IMG/VR virus record: IMGVR_UViG_3300037067_026718
Location: 32,001-96,000 of that record
DNA from: a virus
Lineage: Duplodnaviria > Caudoviricetes
Direction: 5' to 3' (one strand)
Length of the DNA: 64,000 nt
Shown here: positions 8,865-18,173 of the stretch, piece after piece
Numbering within the stretch: the stretch's first letter is position 1
Layout of the letters: each line of letters begins with the position of its first letter
Program-made: the position numbers and the translations under genes
Notes under the pieces: model-generated
What the model was told of the DNA's origin: nothing
Database searches by the model: none
The model's input: only the letters and a program-made list of their open reading frames with translations

Positions 8865-9374
8865 TTATTGCTGACTTTTAAGCCACTTTTTAAGGGCGCC
8901 GGTATCCATCAGGCATTTCTCTTGTCTCGCGTAACACAGGGTCCGGATGTCCATGTTGGCGTATCTGAGAAGAGATGAGATATCTACATCAGTGAGCCTG
9001 TAAGCTTCTTTAATGAACGATATTTCTATCTCTTGGCCTTTTTTGCTAGCTATATACTGCAGTATCGGTAGGAACTTCGATGTAGCTTTCTCGTCGTTCA
9101 CTACTTTTGCATTGGATACATCGACCCAAACCTTTAAGCCTTCCCAATCCTTGTCCAGGGATCGGCAGTAAAGAACAACTTCAAAACTGTCTTTGTTGGA
9201 CAATTTCTGCATTATCTTCGGCTTGGGTATCAAAGCTACGAATTGCAGCCTTTCTCCTGCCGGAACGTCCCTGGAGCCAGTCATGTCTTCCGGACATTCG
9301 CCTCCCGCAGGTACCTTGAGAATAGGAGTAACAACCGTTCCTGGCACAAGGTTTTGTGCTTCGTGCAGATTCAT
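8865..9374 (-). CDS. hypothetical phage protein
   Basis: Start moved to MNLHEAQ (GGAGG RBS). Confidence 0.65.
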   Translation of the reverse strand: MNLHEAQNLVPGTVVTPILKVPAGGECPEDMTGSRDVPAGERLQFVALIPKPKIMQKLSNKDSFEVVLYCRSLDKDWEGLKVWVDVSNAKVVNDEKATSKFLPILQYIASKKGQEIEISFIKEAYRLTDVDISSLLRYANMDIRTLCYARQEKCLMDTGALKKWLKSQQ

Positions 9375-9400
9375 AATAACCTCCATTTCATGGCTTTTAC

Positions 9401-9715
9401 CTAAAGATTCTTGATCCACACCACGCAGAAGGTGGTGTAGCTGGGTAATGAGGAGCGAACGGCGGCAGTTATCTCATTCCATATCTCTTCCGAGAGGAAG
9501 TCTTGTTCGCTGCCTTCTTCACCCTCCCAGGTCATGAAGACGTCGCTGTCTACATCCGTCGGAGTGCCGGCAACATGCCAAGTGGCCGCTCGGCGACTTC
9601 CGTGCTTATTGGGCTCTTCCCCGTTGTAGTTGAGCATTTTGAGGAACCCGGGATCCTTGAACCACTCGGGGGCGTGAATCACAACGCATGGGACTGGTTT
9701 TTGTACCTCAATCAT
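9401..9715 (-). CDS. hypothetical phage protein
   Basis: 104-aa ORF. Confidence 0.65.
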   Translation of the reverse strand: MIEVQKPVPCVVIHAPEWFKDPGFLKMLNYNGEEPNKHGSRRAATWHVAGTPTDVDSDVFMTWEGEEGSEQDFLSEEIWNEITAAVRSSLPSYTTFCVVWIKNL

Positions 9716-9965
9716 TGCCTTCCCCGTTCTTGATCCTGTTGATCCTCAGGGCGTAGGCTTCGGCATCCAGCCAAGCCTGAGTTTCCAGCAGCTCTGCAAT
9801 GTCGCACTGCCTGTTGATCTCATCAACCAAGGCCAACAGAATGCCGGCCACCTTGTCCCCGGAGTGCATTCCCCGCAGGATCGAAACCTTGGCGCTCTTC
9901 ACTGCTGCCAGGATGTCTTCGTTCGAAACAGGTTTTACCTCTACGGGTTCTTTCTTTCTGGGCAT
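9708..9965 (-). CDS. hypothetical phage protein
   Basis: 85-aa ORF, GAAAGGA RBS. Confidence 0.65.
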   Translation of the reverse strand: MPRKKEPVEVKPVSNEDILAAVKSAKVSILRGMHSGDKVAGILLALVDEINRQCDIAELLETQAWLDAEAYALRINRIKNGEGND

Positions 9966-9981
9966 GTCATTCCTTTCAGCG

Positions 9982-10011
9982 AAAAGAAAGGCCGGAGCAA
10001 AGGCCCCGGCC
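9982..10011 (-). terminator. intrinsic terminator
   Basis: GGCCGGGGC-CTTT-GCTCCGGCC followed by TTTCTTTT. Confidence 0.65.
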
Positions 10012-10031
10012 CTGCAGCCGCTTGCTTTCTA

Positions 10032-10220
10032 TCACTCGCTCTTAGAAAACGGAACAGTACACCAATCCGGTATCTCCGGATTCTTCTCCCGGCCTATGTC
10101 TCGGTTTTCTTTCAAGCATCTGGCCACACCTGGATGATGGGGACGACCCGGTATGTACTTATACAGCAGGCAGTCCCCACATCGCTCCAGGTAGATGACT
10201 TCGATCTCGTCACCCATCAT
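10032..10220 (-). CDS. small Cys-rich hypothetical protein
   Basis: CGDC...C...IPDWC motif; ATGA overlap with the ATPase stop. Confidence 0.55.
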   Translation of the reverse strand: MMGDEIEVIYLERCGDCLLYKYIPGRPHHPGVARCLKENRDIGREKNPEIPDWCTVPFSKSE

Positions 10221-11509
10221 TCGGAGGCTTCCTTTACTGCACCTTCCTCGATGATGATGCTGCACTCGTCTCCGGTACTTACCCGGGTGGCGATGATCTG
10301 CAGCTTCTGCTCTTCGGCCCAGGCTGCGAACTTGGCGAGCTCCTGCAGGTCGTAGCGCTCCAGCTCATCGAGCAGGATGAACCCGCACTCCGGCCGGAGT
10401 TCCTTCACGATGGCAGCGGCCGTGCTGATCTGCTCGACGCCACTCATGCAGTCCCAAGCTTTTCCGTTGTACAGCAGCTCGCCGTCAACGACCTTGAGCT
10501 CGGGAAGAGGCATGGCGGAAGACTCCAGCAGGGCGGTCTTCATGGTCCTGAGGTTCTCGATCTGCAGCTCCGCGGCCTGGCGCTCTCCCGTGGCCTCGGC
10601 ATGAAGGTCTACCAGCTCCTGATGCCTGACATTGGCCTCCACCATCTTGTTGGTCTCCTGGGCGGCATGTATCTCATTGTACAGGAGAGAGGTGTCGAAT
10701 TTCTGCTTGCCGGACAAGTCCTTGGCGAGGATGTTGATTTCATCGGACATGTCGTGCAAAGCGTCTTGCTTCTCGGAAATATCGGCCTCTATAGCGGCAA
10801 TATCGGCGTACAGCTTTTCGCGCTGCTCCTTGAGGTTGTCAATTCTGACGCTGAGAGAACGATGATCCTCCTCGACACGCTGCTTTGCGCGTTCCGACTC
10901 GGCTATTCTGGCGTTGTGTTTGTTGCCTTCCTCCATCTTGACAAGCAGATCACTGATGGATACCGGTTCACCGGGTGCATCGGGAAAGAACGGGGCTGCT
11001 TTGACCCTGGCGAGGACATCCTTTTCCCTGTTGGCGGCAGAGGCTCGCTCGGTCATGCGATATTTCTCCATGCCGTCGAGCTCGTCGATCCGGTCCTGAA
11101 CTCCGATGACCTTCAGCAACGTCCTGGCTTTGTCCGGGTTGTTCATCTGCATGAACTTCCTGGGGATCAATGCCAGCTCGTCGATGAAGGCACTCAGGAG
11201 CTCCTGGCCGGCCTTCATCCCTCTTGGGTCTCTTACTGTCAGGTCGGAGTTTTTGCCCTTCCTGATGACCTCCAGGTCATTGGAAAGTAGGATCCTGATG
11301 TAAGGGTCGGTTTCTGCTCCGTCTCGCTTGGGAGAGGATGGTTTCATGCGGTTGCTGCCAAGGGCGAAGCAGATAGCGTCCAGAATTGTAGTCTTGCCCT
11401 GCCGGTTGCCGCCTCCGATGATCGTAAGGCCGTTCTGGTTGATATCCATCTTCACCAAGGCGACCTTCTTGAAGTTTTCGATGTGGAGTTCAACTATCTT
11501 GACTGACAT
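10217..11509 (-). CDS. SbcC/RecF/SMC-like ATPase with a coiled coil
   Basis: IENFK, Walker A GGNRQGKTT, long coiled coil, signature MSGVEQ, Walker B FILLDE. Confidence 0.88.
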   Translation of the reverse strand: MSVKIVELHIENFKKVALVKMDINQNGLTIIGGGNRQGKTTILDAICFALGSNRMKPSSPKRDGAETDPYIRILLSNDLEVIRKGKNSDLTVRDPRGMKAGQELLSAFIDELALIPRKFMQMNNPDKARTLLKVIGVQDRIDELDGMEKYRMTERASAANREKDVLARVKAAPFFPDAPGEPVSISDLLVKMEEGNKHNARIAESERAKQRVEEDHRSLSVRIDNLKEQREKLYADIAAIEADISEKQDALHDMSDEINILAKDLSGKQKFDTSLLYNEIHAAQETNKMVEANVRHQELVDLHAEATGERQAAELQIENLRTMKTALLESSAMPLPELKVVDGELLYNGKAWDCMSGVEQISTAAAIVKELRPECGFILLDELERYDLQELAKFAAWAEEQKLQIIATRVSTGDECSIIIEEGAVKEASE

Positions 11510-11544
11510 TATTTCTCCAGTTCTCCTTTCGGGTTTGTTAAGGG

Positions 11545-11703
11545 TTACTCGTCTTCTTCTGCCAGGAACTCTTCGGCTTCGTCAGCGTTGGCTACGAGAT
11601 ACTTGAGGGCAAACAGAAGAATCTCATGGTCATCTTTGATGTGAAGCGATGGTATTTCCTCCCTGGCCTGCTCCACCAGCTCTTCAATTTCAGTCAACGT
11701 TTG
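11545..11703 (-). CDS. small acidic hypothetical protein
   Basis: Very acidic C-terminus; probable start near 11700 after GAAGGA, start position uncertain. Confidence 0.45.
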   Translation of the reverse strand, partial: QTLTEIEELVEQAREEIPSLHIKDDHEILLFALKYLVANADEAEEFLAEEDE

Positions 11704-11974
11704 TTCCTTCCTCTCCGTTAGAAGGTCGGCCAACCCTTCGCTTTACGATGCCAAGGTCTTCGTGTGTAAATTCGCCCAGCTCGATCTCGACTGGACCGTT
11801 CCCCACGGAGAAAGCTTTGATCCAGAAGACAGTTTCCCTCTGAGGGTCGATTTTACCGCTGCGGATAAGTGTCTTGGCTCTATCCAGGGCGCCCTCTTGT
11901 GTCCACATGGACTCCTGGCCCATCTCGAGATTTCTCCCTTTCCTTATTACGATCAATCGGTAGCCTGGCATCAC
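11690..11974 (-). CDS. hypothetical phage protein
   Basis: 94-aa ORF, GTGA overlap. Confidence 0.6.
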   Translation of the reverse strand: MMPGYRLIVIRKGRNLEMGQESMWTQEGALDRAKTLIRSGKIDPQRETVFWIKAFSVGNGPVEIELGEFTHEDLGIVKRRVGRPSNGEEGTNVD

Positions 11975-12714
11975 CTTGCTCCTGCAAGCGCAGCTTGCAT
12001 CACAACTGCCGGGTCTACTCCCTTACCAACGGGGTCCCGGAGCCATGAGTCATACTTGCTTTCATGGATGTACACACTGAAGTCCAAGTCAAATTGCCCT
12101 ACGCTGTCGATCTTGAACAGGATACGAGTTGCTCCCTTCTCTTTCAAGACCTTTGCGATGGCAGCGGGATCGTCATTCTGGCCACCATAAAGCCCGTGTT
12201 CATAGGCTTCGCTGTTGAGTTTGATGTATCCGTAATCCTCTGGGTTGATGTCAATGGTCATGGCTTGACGGACTTTGCCTTCAAAGCTCTCCAGGTATTC
12301 ACGGATAATGCTTTCATCGGATTTGACGCACTGATGACAAGTAAGGGATCCGTCCTGAATCCAGTAGGACCCAGTCCATCCATAGCTGTCTGGAGAAGTG
12401 CGAACAAGCTTGCCGCATTCATCGCATGCATACCACTCGTCACTCCATTCCAGGTTTACTCCGAAGCGGTATTCAAGCATTTTGCCCAAGTTGCACAGCG
12501 TATGGTCTTCCTTCTCAGGGCTGATGGTAATCGAGTTCCAGTCACCGGTGGCTATGATGCCTGATGCCGGGTCTTCGTACCCAGGCTCAGCGTATCCATC
12601 GTAGAAACTGATTTCATCAAGCCGGTTTTGTACTTCGCGTATTTTGGTTTTTTCCATCATACGTTCTATGAACTTGTGGAGCGTTCCGATGTCAGTTGGC
12701 TCGTGTTCTCTCAT
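11971..12714 (-). CDS. conserved hypothetical phage protein with a zinc finger
   Basis: GYAEPGY, EWSDEW.ACDEC, RTSPDSYGW, CHQC; start MREHEP has an ATGA overlap. Confidence 0.75.
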   Translation of the reverse strand: MREHEPTDIGTLHKFIERMMEKTKIREVQNRLDEISFYDGYAEPGYEDPASGIIATGDWNSITISPEKEDHTLCNLGKMLEYRFGVNLEWSDEWYACDECGKLVRTSPDSYGWTGSYWIQDGSLTCHQCVKSDESIIREYLESFEGKVRQAMTIDINPEDYGYIKLNSEAYEHGLYGGQNDDPAAIAKVLKEKGATRILFKIDSVGQFDLDFSVYIHESKYDSWLRDPVGKGVDPAVVMQAALAGAR

Positions 12715-13739
12715 GCCCAACCTTCCTGTTTGGCAAACCGATCGATCTCCGGCCAGTCTATGTGATGGCAACCTATGATCACGCCGTCAGAGTTGATCTC
12801 GTTGACCGAGTAGTGCCCGACTTTGATTTCGGGAGACCTGATCTTTTTTCGCCTGTCGATAGCCCTCAAGATACGCCAGGCTCTTCTGGCGTGGTCGTAT
12901 GGCACCGTGACTCCCCAGGAAGTCTGGACCAGCATATGGTCCTTGGGGTTGTCTGCGTCCGTCCGGTCTTCCAGCATCACCGGTCTCAGAAGGATCGGAC
13001 CCGCGACTCTGTCTATTCTCGGATCTCCCGATATGAATGCCTCCCGGTCGGCTTTGATGTCTTCCATGAGCTTGGCCTGCCGCTTGGCTTCTTCCTCGGC
13101 TCTTCTCTTGCTTTCAATCCTTGCCTTTTTCAAGCTTTCCCGGTCGATATCATTCACTTCCGGGATCAGGTTCTCGAGGATCGGGATGTCTTCCGTGGCA
13201 AGGGTGAGAGCCTTTATACGCTCTGCCTGGGCCAGTTTGTCGTTGGCGTTACGGATCCAGCTTTCCTTCGTCCAGTCACTCCTGGCCCGAAGGTGTTTAC
13301 TGGCGCAGTCCATCGCCCTGTTGATCAAGTGCCTGATGATGGCATTGCCGGCTATTACGGCATCCTCTCCTCGGACGGTTCTACTGGCTTGGGGGGAGGG
13401 ATCCCAATCTCGTCGCCGAGGCAGACCACGCGGCCTTCACTCCTCAAGACTCATCTTCTCCACAGGGAAGTAAACCTTCTCAGCCAGCAATGGCGTCGCA
13501 TGTAGTGCTATTCGAATGTGTGCTGAGGTAATGGGGGAGTGCGTTCCCGCATTGATCAAGTAGATCGGCGTGTCGTCGATGTAGACGATGTCAGCAATGA
13601 GCATGTCGTATGAATACAGTTCCGTTCCCTCGAACCGTAGTCTGGACGCCTTCGCTTTTTCCTTGATCTGATGTGCCCAGTCATGGACCAAAGCTTCCTG
13701 GAGACGACCGGGGGTGCCTCCCCATGCATTGTAGCTCAC
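12711..13739 (-). pseudogene. hypothetical phage protein interrupted by one in-frame TGA (13437-13439), or a readthrough gene
   Basis: ORFs 13437-13739 and 12711-13328 share a frame with only one TGA between them; N-terminal HDWAHQ/LYSY and C-terminal QTSWG.TVP/GCHHI motifs are recalled as one protein family. Confidence 0.6.
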
Positions 13740-13788
13740 TTCTGCCTTCCTCCATTTTCATTGCGACTACGATCTGATTCGTGTCGTC

Positions 13789-14037
13789 TTACCAAAGTTC
13801 CTCTGAGAGCAGTGTCCTCTGACTCTCGAAGTAAGCCTTACTTATTTGCCCACACCTGAAGGCCTCTATTTTGGCTTGCTTTCGATTGTAGTACCTGCCG
13901 GTGTCATCTACGAAGCCTTGTTCCTTCTGAGTCACTGGAGGCTTCCATCCTTGGGCCATAGCTGCCTTGATGCAATCACAGTGGCGGCGCCCGGTGATGA
14001 CCTCGTCTCCTCTTCTGATTGCTGCCTTGGTGATCAT
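13789..14037 (-). CDS. hypothetical phage protein
   Basis: GRRHCDCI, QGFVDDTGRYYNRKQA and LLSEELW phage-family motifs. Confidence 0.75.
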   Translation of the reverse strand: MITKAAIRRGDEVITGRRHCDCIKAAMAQGWKPPVTQKEQGFVDDTGRYYNRKQAKIEAFRCGQISKAYFESQRTLLSEELW

Positions 14038-14063
14038 TCGTTGTGCCTACCCCTTTCAGACAG

Positions 14064-15431
14064 TCAGGCCCGATGCTTTTCAAGGATCTCATCAAAGGTC
14101 ATGCCTCTGACTACTTCTTCCTGGACCTTGGCCGGCATCAGATTCGCTTCGACATGGTAGTCATCGGAAGGAAAGGCTTTACCGGGGAAGAACCTGTGCA
14201 GCATGCCGCGGAAGCATTCGTCATCAAGGTTGCCTATCTCGAGGCAGAGGTCAATGCGGCCTGGCCGCATAAGAGCGGGGTCGATGCTGTCGATGGAGTT
14301 TGCTGTCATGATGATCACTCTGCCATGAGTGGCTTCCAGACCATCGAGGACATTGAGGACAACCGAGAGTCCGGATGACGACTGCAGGTCTTCGATTAAG
14401 TCAGATGACCGGTCGACATAGTTAAACCCACCGGGCATCAGTACCTTGCCGGGGCTATCCGAAGCGCCTGCTGGACCTACTGTGTTTGGAGCGCCTTCTT
14501 TGCTGTGAGCTGCTTTGTCGGCTTCCCTCAACTGCTTCAGCAGTTCTTCCCGGGCCTGCACAGTCCAGGAAGTGTCGATGTCTTCAATGGCAACTATGCA
14601 CTTGGCTTCGGCTGTAGCCAAAGCTGTATCGACCCAGTACAACCGATGTGCAGGAAGGATATTGATGTTGCGACCGAGATAGTCGGCAATGGCCCTGACA
14701 AGAGAGGATTTTCCGGTCCCCGGAGGGCCGTACAGCATAATGCCGAGGTGCCAGGGGATACCGTGTTGTATGCACCACTGCTCAGACGACAGAAACTTGT
14801 TGATGCGGTCGAGCAGCAACTGCTTCTTGGACTCCGGCAGCACTATCGAGTCCATCGACCTGTTGGGAACATTGCCGAGATCCATCCAGTATTCGCCGTA
14901 CTTCCTTATGCACGTTCCTTCATAGGTGATGGCCGCTTTTTTACAGTCTTCGAGAAGATTGTCGAGAGGGGCATGGGAGCGGCCCAGGACACGGATGGTG
15001 AGGCGTTCCTTCTCTACATCGGTAAACGACTGGTCGATCTTCTCGAGATTGAGAACAAACGGCCTTCTTTTGAAGATGCTGCCTCTCAACGGATGCCAGA
15101 TGACATGTTGGCCGTTGCCGACTCCCTTGGTTGCTTTGTCGTCATGGCCCCAGCGTCCGTTGCGGATCTGGATGCGCCTGATCTTGGTTGAATGCCCATT
15201 TTTATCAAGCCATTTCATGAAGTCATGAAAGCTGATCTGGGCTGATGTCAGCATCATTTCAGTGGAGAAGTACCGGATGATCAGTGCGCCGATCTTTCTC
15301 GGAATGCTTCTCAGCATCAACGTGAGGATGCTCAGCAACCCGGTGATCAGCATGCCGTCGAGAAACTGATTGCCGGTGTTGGGTATGATGCCGTTGAAAG
15401 CTCTTCCTATTGAGCTCAGTATGTCGCTCAT
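14064..15431 (-). CDS. BCS1-like AAA+ ATPase with an N-terminal membrane anchor
   Basis: RSMDSIVL, GIPWHLGIMLYGPPGTGKSS, IEDID, LNVLDGL, DPALMRPGRID; N-terminal TM segment. Confidence 0.85.
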   Translation of the reverse strand: MSDILSSIGRAFNGIIPNTGNQFLDGMLITGLLSILTLMLRSIPRKIGALIIRYFSTEMMLTSAQISFHDFMKWLDKNGHSTKIRRIQIRNGRWGHDDKATKGVGNGQHVIWHPLRGSIFKRRPFVLNLEKIDQSFTDVEKERLTIRVLGRSHAPLDNLLEDCKKAAITYEGTCIRKYGEYWMDLGNVPNRSMDSIVLPESKKQLLLDRINKFLSSEQWCIQHGIPWHLGIMLYGPPGTGKSSLVRAIADYLGRNINILPAHRLYWVDTALATAEAKCIVAIEDIDTSWTVQAREELLKQLREADKAAHSKEGAPNTVGPAGASDSPGKVLMPGGFNYVDRSSDLIEDLQSSSGLSVVLNVLDGLEATHGRVIIMTANSIDSIDPALMRPGRIDLCLEIGNLDDECFRGMLHRFFPGKAFPSDDYHVEANLMPAKVQEEVVRGMTFDEILEKHRA

Positions 15432-15454
15432 GTGTTGTCACTTCCTTTGATGAA

Positions 15455-15694
15455 TCAGTCTTCTTTCCAGTTGCTGACCCATACCCGTTCGCCTCCGGGA
15501 ATCTCGACCAGCAAGTCCTCTCTTTGTTCGTTATTGAACAGACTGCCGACCATTTCGCTGGCGATCACTTTTGCGCGTGTCCAGACTTCTAAAGGGCCGT
15601 AGCCCAGATCCACGGACACATATCGCACTGGTGCTTTCATTTTTACCTTTCTGGGGTTATGGATAAACCCCTTCATTCTCGATGGAAAGCTCAA
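15455..15694 (-). CDS. hypothetical phage protein
   Basis: 79-aa ORF; start uncertain. Confidence 0.55.
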   Translation of the reverse strand: MSFPSRMKGFIHNPRKVKMKAPVRYVSVDLGYGPLEVWTRAKVIASEMVGSLFNNEQREDLLVEIPGGERVWVSNWKED

Positions 15695-16337
15695 GACGCC
15701 TCTCCATTTCTTCCTCTATGGCTTGCCTGTTGCTGGTCATGTAGTGGATGGCAAAGGACAGGATGTCTTCATCGCTCCAGTCTGCAGGGATGTTGAGTAT
15801 CGTTTGCCTGACTCCCTCCACCAGGCCAGCGATTCTTTCTCGGGGCGGTGTAGTGCTGCTTTCCTGGGGCTGCACTTTGTCGGGCATGAAGATTGCCCAT
15901 CCATCGTTGGGCGACTGGCAAACCGTGAAGGCGTCGAACCGAAGCCAGCCTCTGAGCATGATGTCGGTCATACTGGCAACGTAAGCTGCGACTTCACATG
16001 GGACGCCGGCCTGCAGCTTGTCGCGCAACTCGCCTCGAGTCTTGGGGCGATAGATGCTGCTGATATTGTTTTCTTCTATCTGCTGGGATGCGATTGTAGC
16101 CATCACATTCATCAGCTCAGATCTCCGGAACCGTTCTTCGTCACAGAGCAGGTTGTGGTCCATTGAATAGAGGATGCACTGGTGGAGAAGATCAATGCGC
16201 TTTCTGATGGTATCCTGCAACTGTTTGATGTCGAAGGGTGCAATCAGTTGCTCGGTGTCATCATTCGGAACTGGCATGCCATATCCTTTCCTTTGGTATT
16301 TTTGCGATTGCTTCCTCAAACCGGAACAGCCTTTCAT
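15657..16337 (-). CDS. hypothetical phage protein
   Basis: 226-aa ORF; alternative start at 16277. Confidence 0.65.
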   Translation of the reverse strand: MKGCSGLRKQSQKYQRKGYGMPVPNDDTEQLIAPFDIKQLQDTIRKRIDLLHQCILYSMDHNLLCDEERFRRSELMNVMATIASQQIEENNISSIYRPKTRGELRDKLQAGVPCEVAAYVASMTDIMLRGWLRFDAFTVCQSPNDGWAIFMPDKVQPQESSTTPPRERIAGLVEGVRQTILNIPADWSDEDILSFAIHYMTSNRQAIEEEMERRLELSIENEGVYP

Positions 16338-16747
16338 TCATCCACCGGGCATCGGACCGGTTCTTCGCAGTTGTCGGGGTCTGTAATGCCGATTTCACAG
16401 CAGGAGTCCTGGCAGTGGTTTTCTCCGTGGCGCCAGTAGGAATGGCTGCAACCAACGCAGTTCTGGTTCTGCGGCCAGACAAAGGATGTAAAGCCGGCGA
16501 AGGCTTCCGCGTTCTCGGCGGCGAGCTCGGCATCAAGCAGTTTCATGCGCTGAACCGCGATGTCATTGAATATCATCTGGTTGAACTCATCCCGCTGATT
16601 CCCCACGAACACAGCCAGGACGTCAACCGAATGGTGATAGATTTTCTCTGTCAAGTAAGCGGCATGCGCGGGTGTCATGGCCCTGATGTGGTCAACATAG
16701 GATTTTCTATCCACGCCTATGCTGACGACGGTGTAGGTCTTGCTCAT
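16334..16747 (-). CDS. hypothetical Cys-rich phage protein
   Basis: Start moved to MSKTYT (GGAGG RBS); C-terminal Cys cluster. Confidence 0.65.
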   Translation of the reverse strand: MSKTYTVVSIGVDRKSYVDHIRAMTPAHAAYLTEKIYHHSVDVLAVFVGNQRDEFNQMIFNDIAVQRMKLLDAELAAENAEAFAGFTSFVWPQNQNCVGCSHSYWRHGENHCQDSCCEIGITDPDNCEEPVRCPVDE

Positions 16748-16755
16748 TCTATTTC

Positions 16756-17022
16756 TCAACCTCCATGTTCTTTTGTCTGGTTCACTACTTCCCATTTCCC
16801 GTTCTGAAACCGGTGAAGAACGTTTCCGGGGAAGGTGACGCTATCAAGGCTGAAGCCTTCGATGAGGTTGCAGTGCTTCATTGAATTCAGAGCGTCATAA
16901 TAGGCTTGTCGGGCTTCCCGGTGCTTCCACGGATCTCCGCAGGCCATTTTCTCCTGCTCATTCCAGAGCTGAACAAGATCTCTGGCATGGTGAACAATTC
17001 GACTTCTGTCGAGAGAGTTCAT
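16756..17022 (-). CDS. hypothetical phage protein
   Basis: 88-aa ORF, ATGA overlap. Confidence 0.65.
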   Translation of the reverse strand: MNSLDRSRIVHHARDLVQLWNEQEKMACGDPWKHREARQAYYDALNSMKHCNLIEGFSLDSVTFPGNVLHRFQNGKWEVVNQTKEHGG

Positions 17023-17366
17023 ACCGCTGAAACCTCATCAGCAATGGTTGAGAGGGTCTCCGTATCGACGCATCTCGTAACAAGACGTGTGTCTTCGGAG
17101 TGCTTGACGTAAGCCGTCCAGAAGACTGAGGTGCTGTCTATGTGCAGCATGCCGCCTTCCGTACGAACCAACTCCTGGCATTCTTCGTCTTCGTAGAAAT
17201 CCGGACTGCTTTCATACCAGCTCATCTTCGATGGAGGGCCGAGCGGGGTTATCATCTCGGGGAACATTGCGATTGCCGTCAGCAACTGCCTGGCTCGAGC
17301 AGGGCTGATATCGACTCGAGCGAAAAGAGACTGATCGTTTCCCGATGCTTCGATGATTATCGACAT
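17019..17366 (-). CDS. hypothetical phage protein
   Basis: 115-aa ORF. Confidence 0.65.
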   Translation of the reverse strand: MSIIIEASGNDQSLFARVDISPARARQLLTAIAMFPEMITPLGPPSKMSWYESSPDFYEDEECQELVRTEGGMLHIDSTSVFWTAYVKHSEDTRLVTRCVDTETLSTIADEVSAV

Positions 17367-17644
17367 GTTTCTATTCCGTCCTTCCAGGTGACGTCGGTAT
17401 CGTAGTCTTTGAAGACGCCTCCATCAAAGGGAACGCATTCATTGACAAGAAAGCTAATGATAAACCGGTCACTTTTTATCTCGACCCCTATGCCTTCTCG
17501 TCTTCCTCCAAAGTGAGTGCAGATCAGGTCCCCCAGGTCTTCAAGGAAATGGATATAGGAGTCTTGGCATTGAATCAGTTCCGGATCATGAGTGGCTTTC
17601 CAGATTATATCACCCAACTCTTTGTCAGTCAGTATTTTGGGCAT
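17357..17644 (-). CDS. hypothetical phage protein
   Basis: 95-aa ORF, GGAGG RBS. Confidence 0.7.
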   Translation of the reverse strand: MPKILTDKELGDIIWKATHDPELIQCQDSYIHFLEDLGDLICTHFGGRREGIGVEIKSDRFIISFLVNECVPFDGGVFKDYDTDVTWKDGIETCR

Positions 17645-17984
17645 CGCACTCCCTCCTCCAGAAAGAACGGATGATCCCTACAGGGACTCTGGCGATGGAA
17701 TCGTTGTAGACGATCTTGTCTTCAGGGTACATGGCGTTCCATATGTCGGCCAGTTGTTCGCCGCTTTTCCCTCGCAGGCCGTTGTTAATGCCTGTCACGA
17801 CATCAGTAAGCGTCAAAACCTCTTCCTCGAACTCTGGGATACCCGCCCACTGAGCAAGCTCGACGTCATCCGGGTCGATATGTTCTGCCAGTGACTGCAG
17901 CTCGGAGATCTCTTCGTAACTGATGCACTCGGCCCTGATCTGGCTGCGCAGATACTCAAGGCGGCCTTTGATGTCTTCCGGCAT
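17625..17984 (-). CDS. hypothetical acidic phage protein
   Basis: RLEYLRSQIRAECISYEEISELQSL...WAGIPE motif; GGAGG RBS. Confidence 0.7.
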   Translation of the reverse strand: MPEDIKGRLEYLRSQIRAECISYEEISELQSLAEHIDPDDVELAQWAGIPEFEEEVLTLTDVVTGINNGLRGKSGEQLADIWNAMYPEDKIVYNDSIARVPVGIIRSFWRRECDAQNTD

Positions 17985-17993
17985 TGTTCCTCC

Positions 17994-18024
17994 AAAAGAA
18001 ACGGCGCCGACCGAAGCCGGCGCC
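17994..18024 (-). terminator. intrinsic terminator
   Basis: GGCGCCGGC-TTCG-GTCGGCGCC followed by GTTTCTTTT. Confidence 0.7.
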
Positions 18025-18040
18025 TGTCCATTGAATAGGG

Positions 18041-18169
18041 TTATTGATCCGGCTGTGTTGAAGAGGACACACCGGCCTTCTTGCCGATGAAGAAAGAAAC
18101 GAAGCAGAGAGCCACCACGACTGCACCGACCACCAGCCCCCCGACTAGGGCTCCATCTTCCTCCCTCAC
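18041..18169 (-). CDS. small single-pass membrane protein (42 aa, not in the ORF track)
   Basis: GTG start; LVGGLVVGAVVVALCFVSFFIGKK; fills the gap. Confidence 0.45.
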   Translation of the reverse strand: MREEDGALVGGLVVGAVVVALCFVSFFIGKKAGVSSSTQPDQ

Positions 18170-18173
18170 GATT

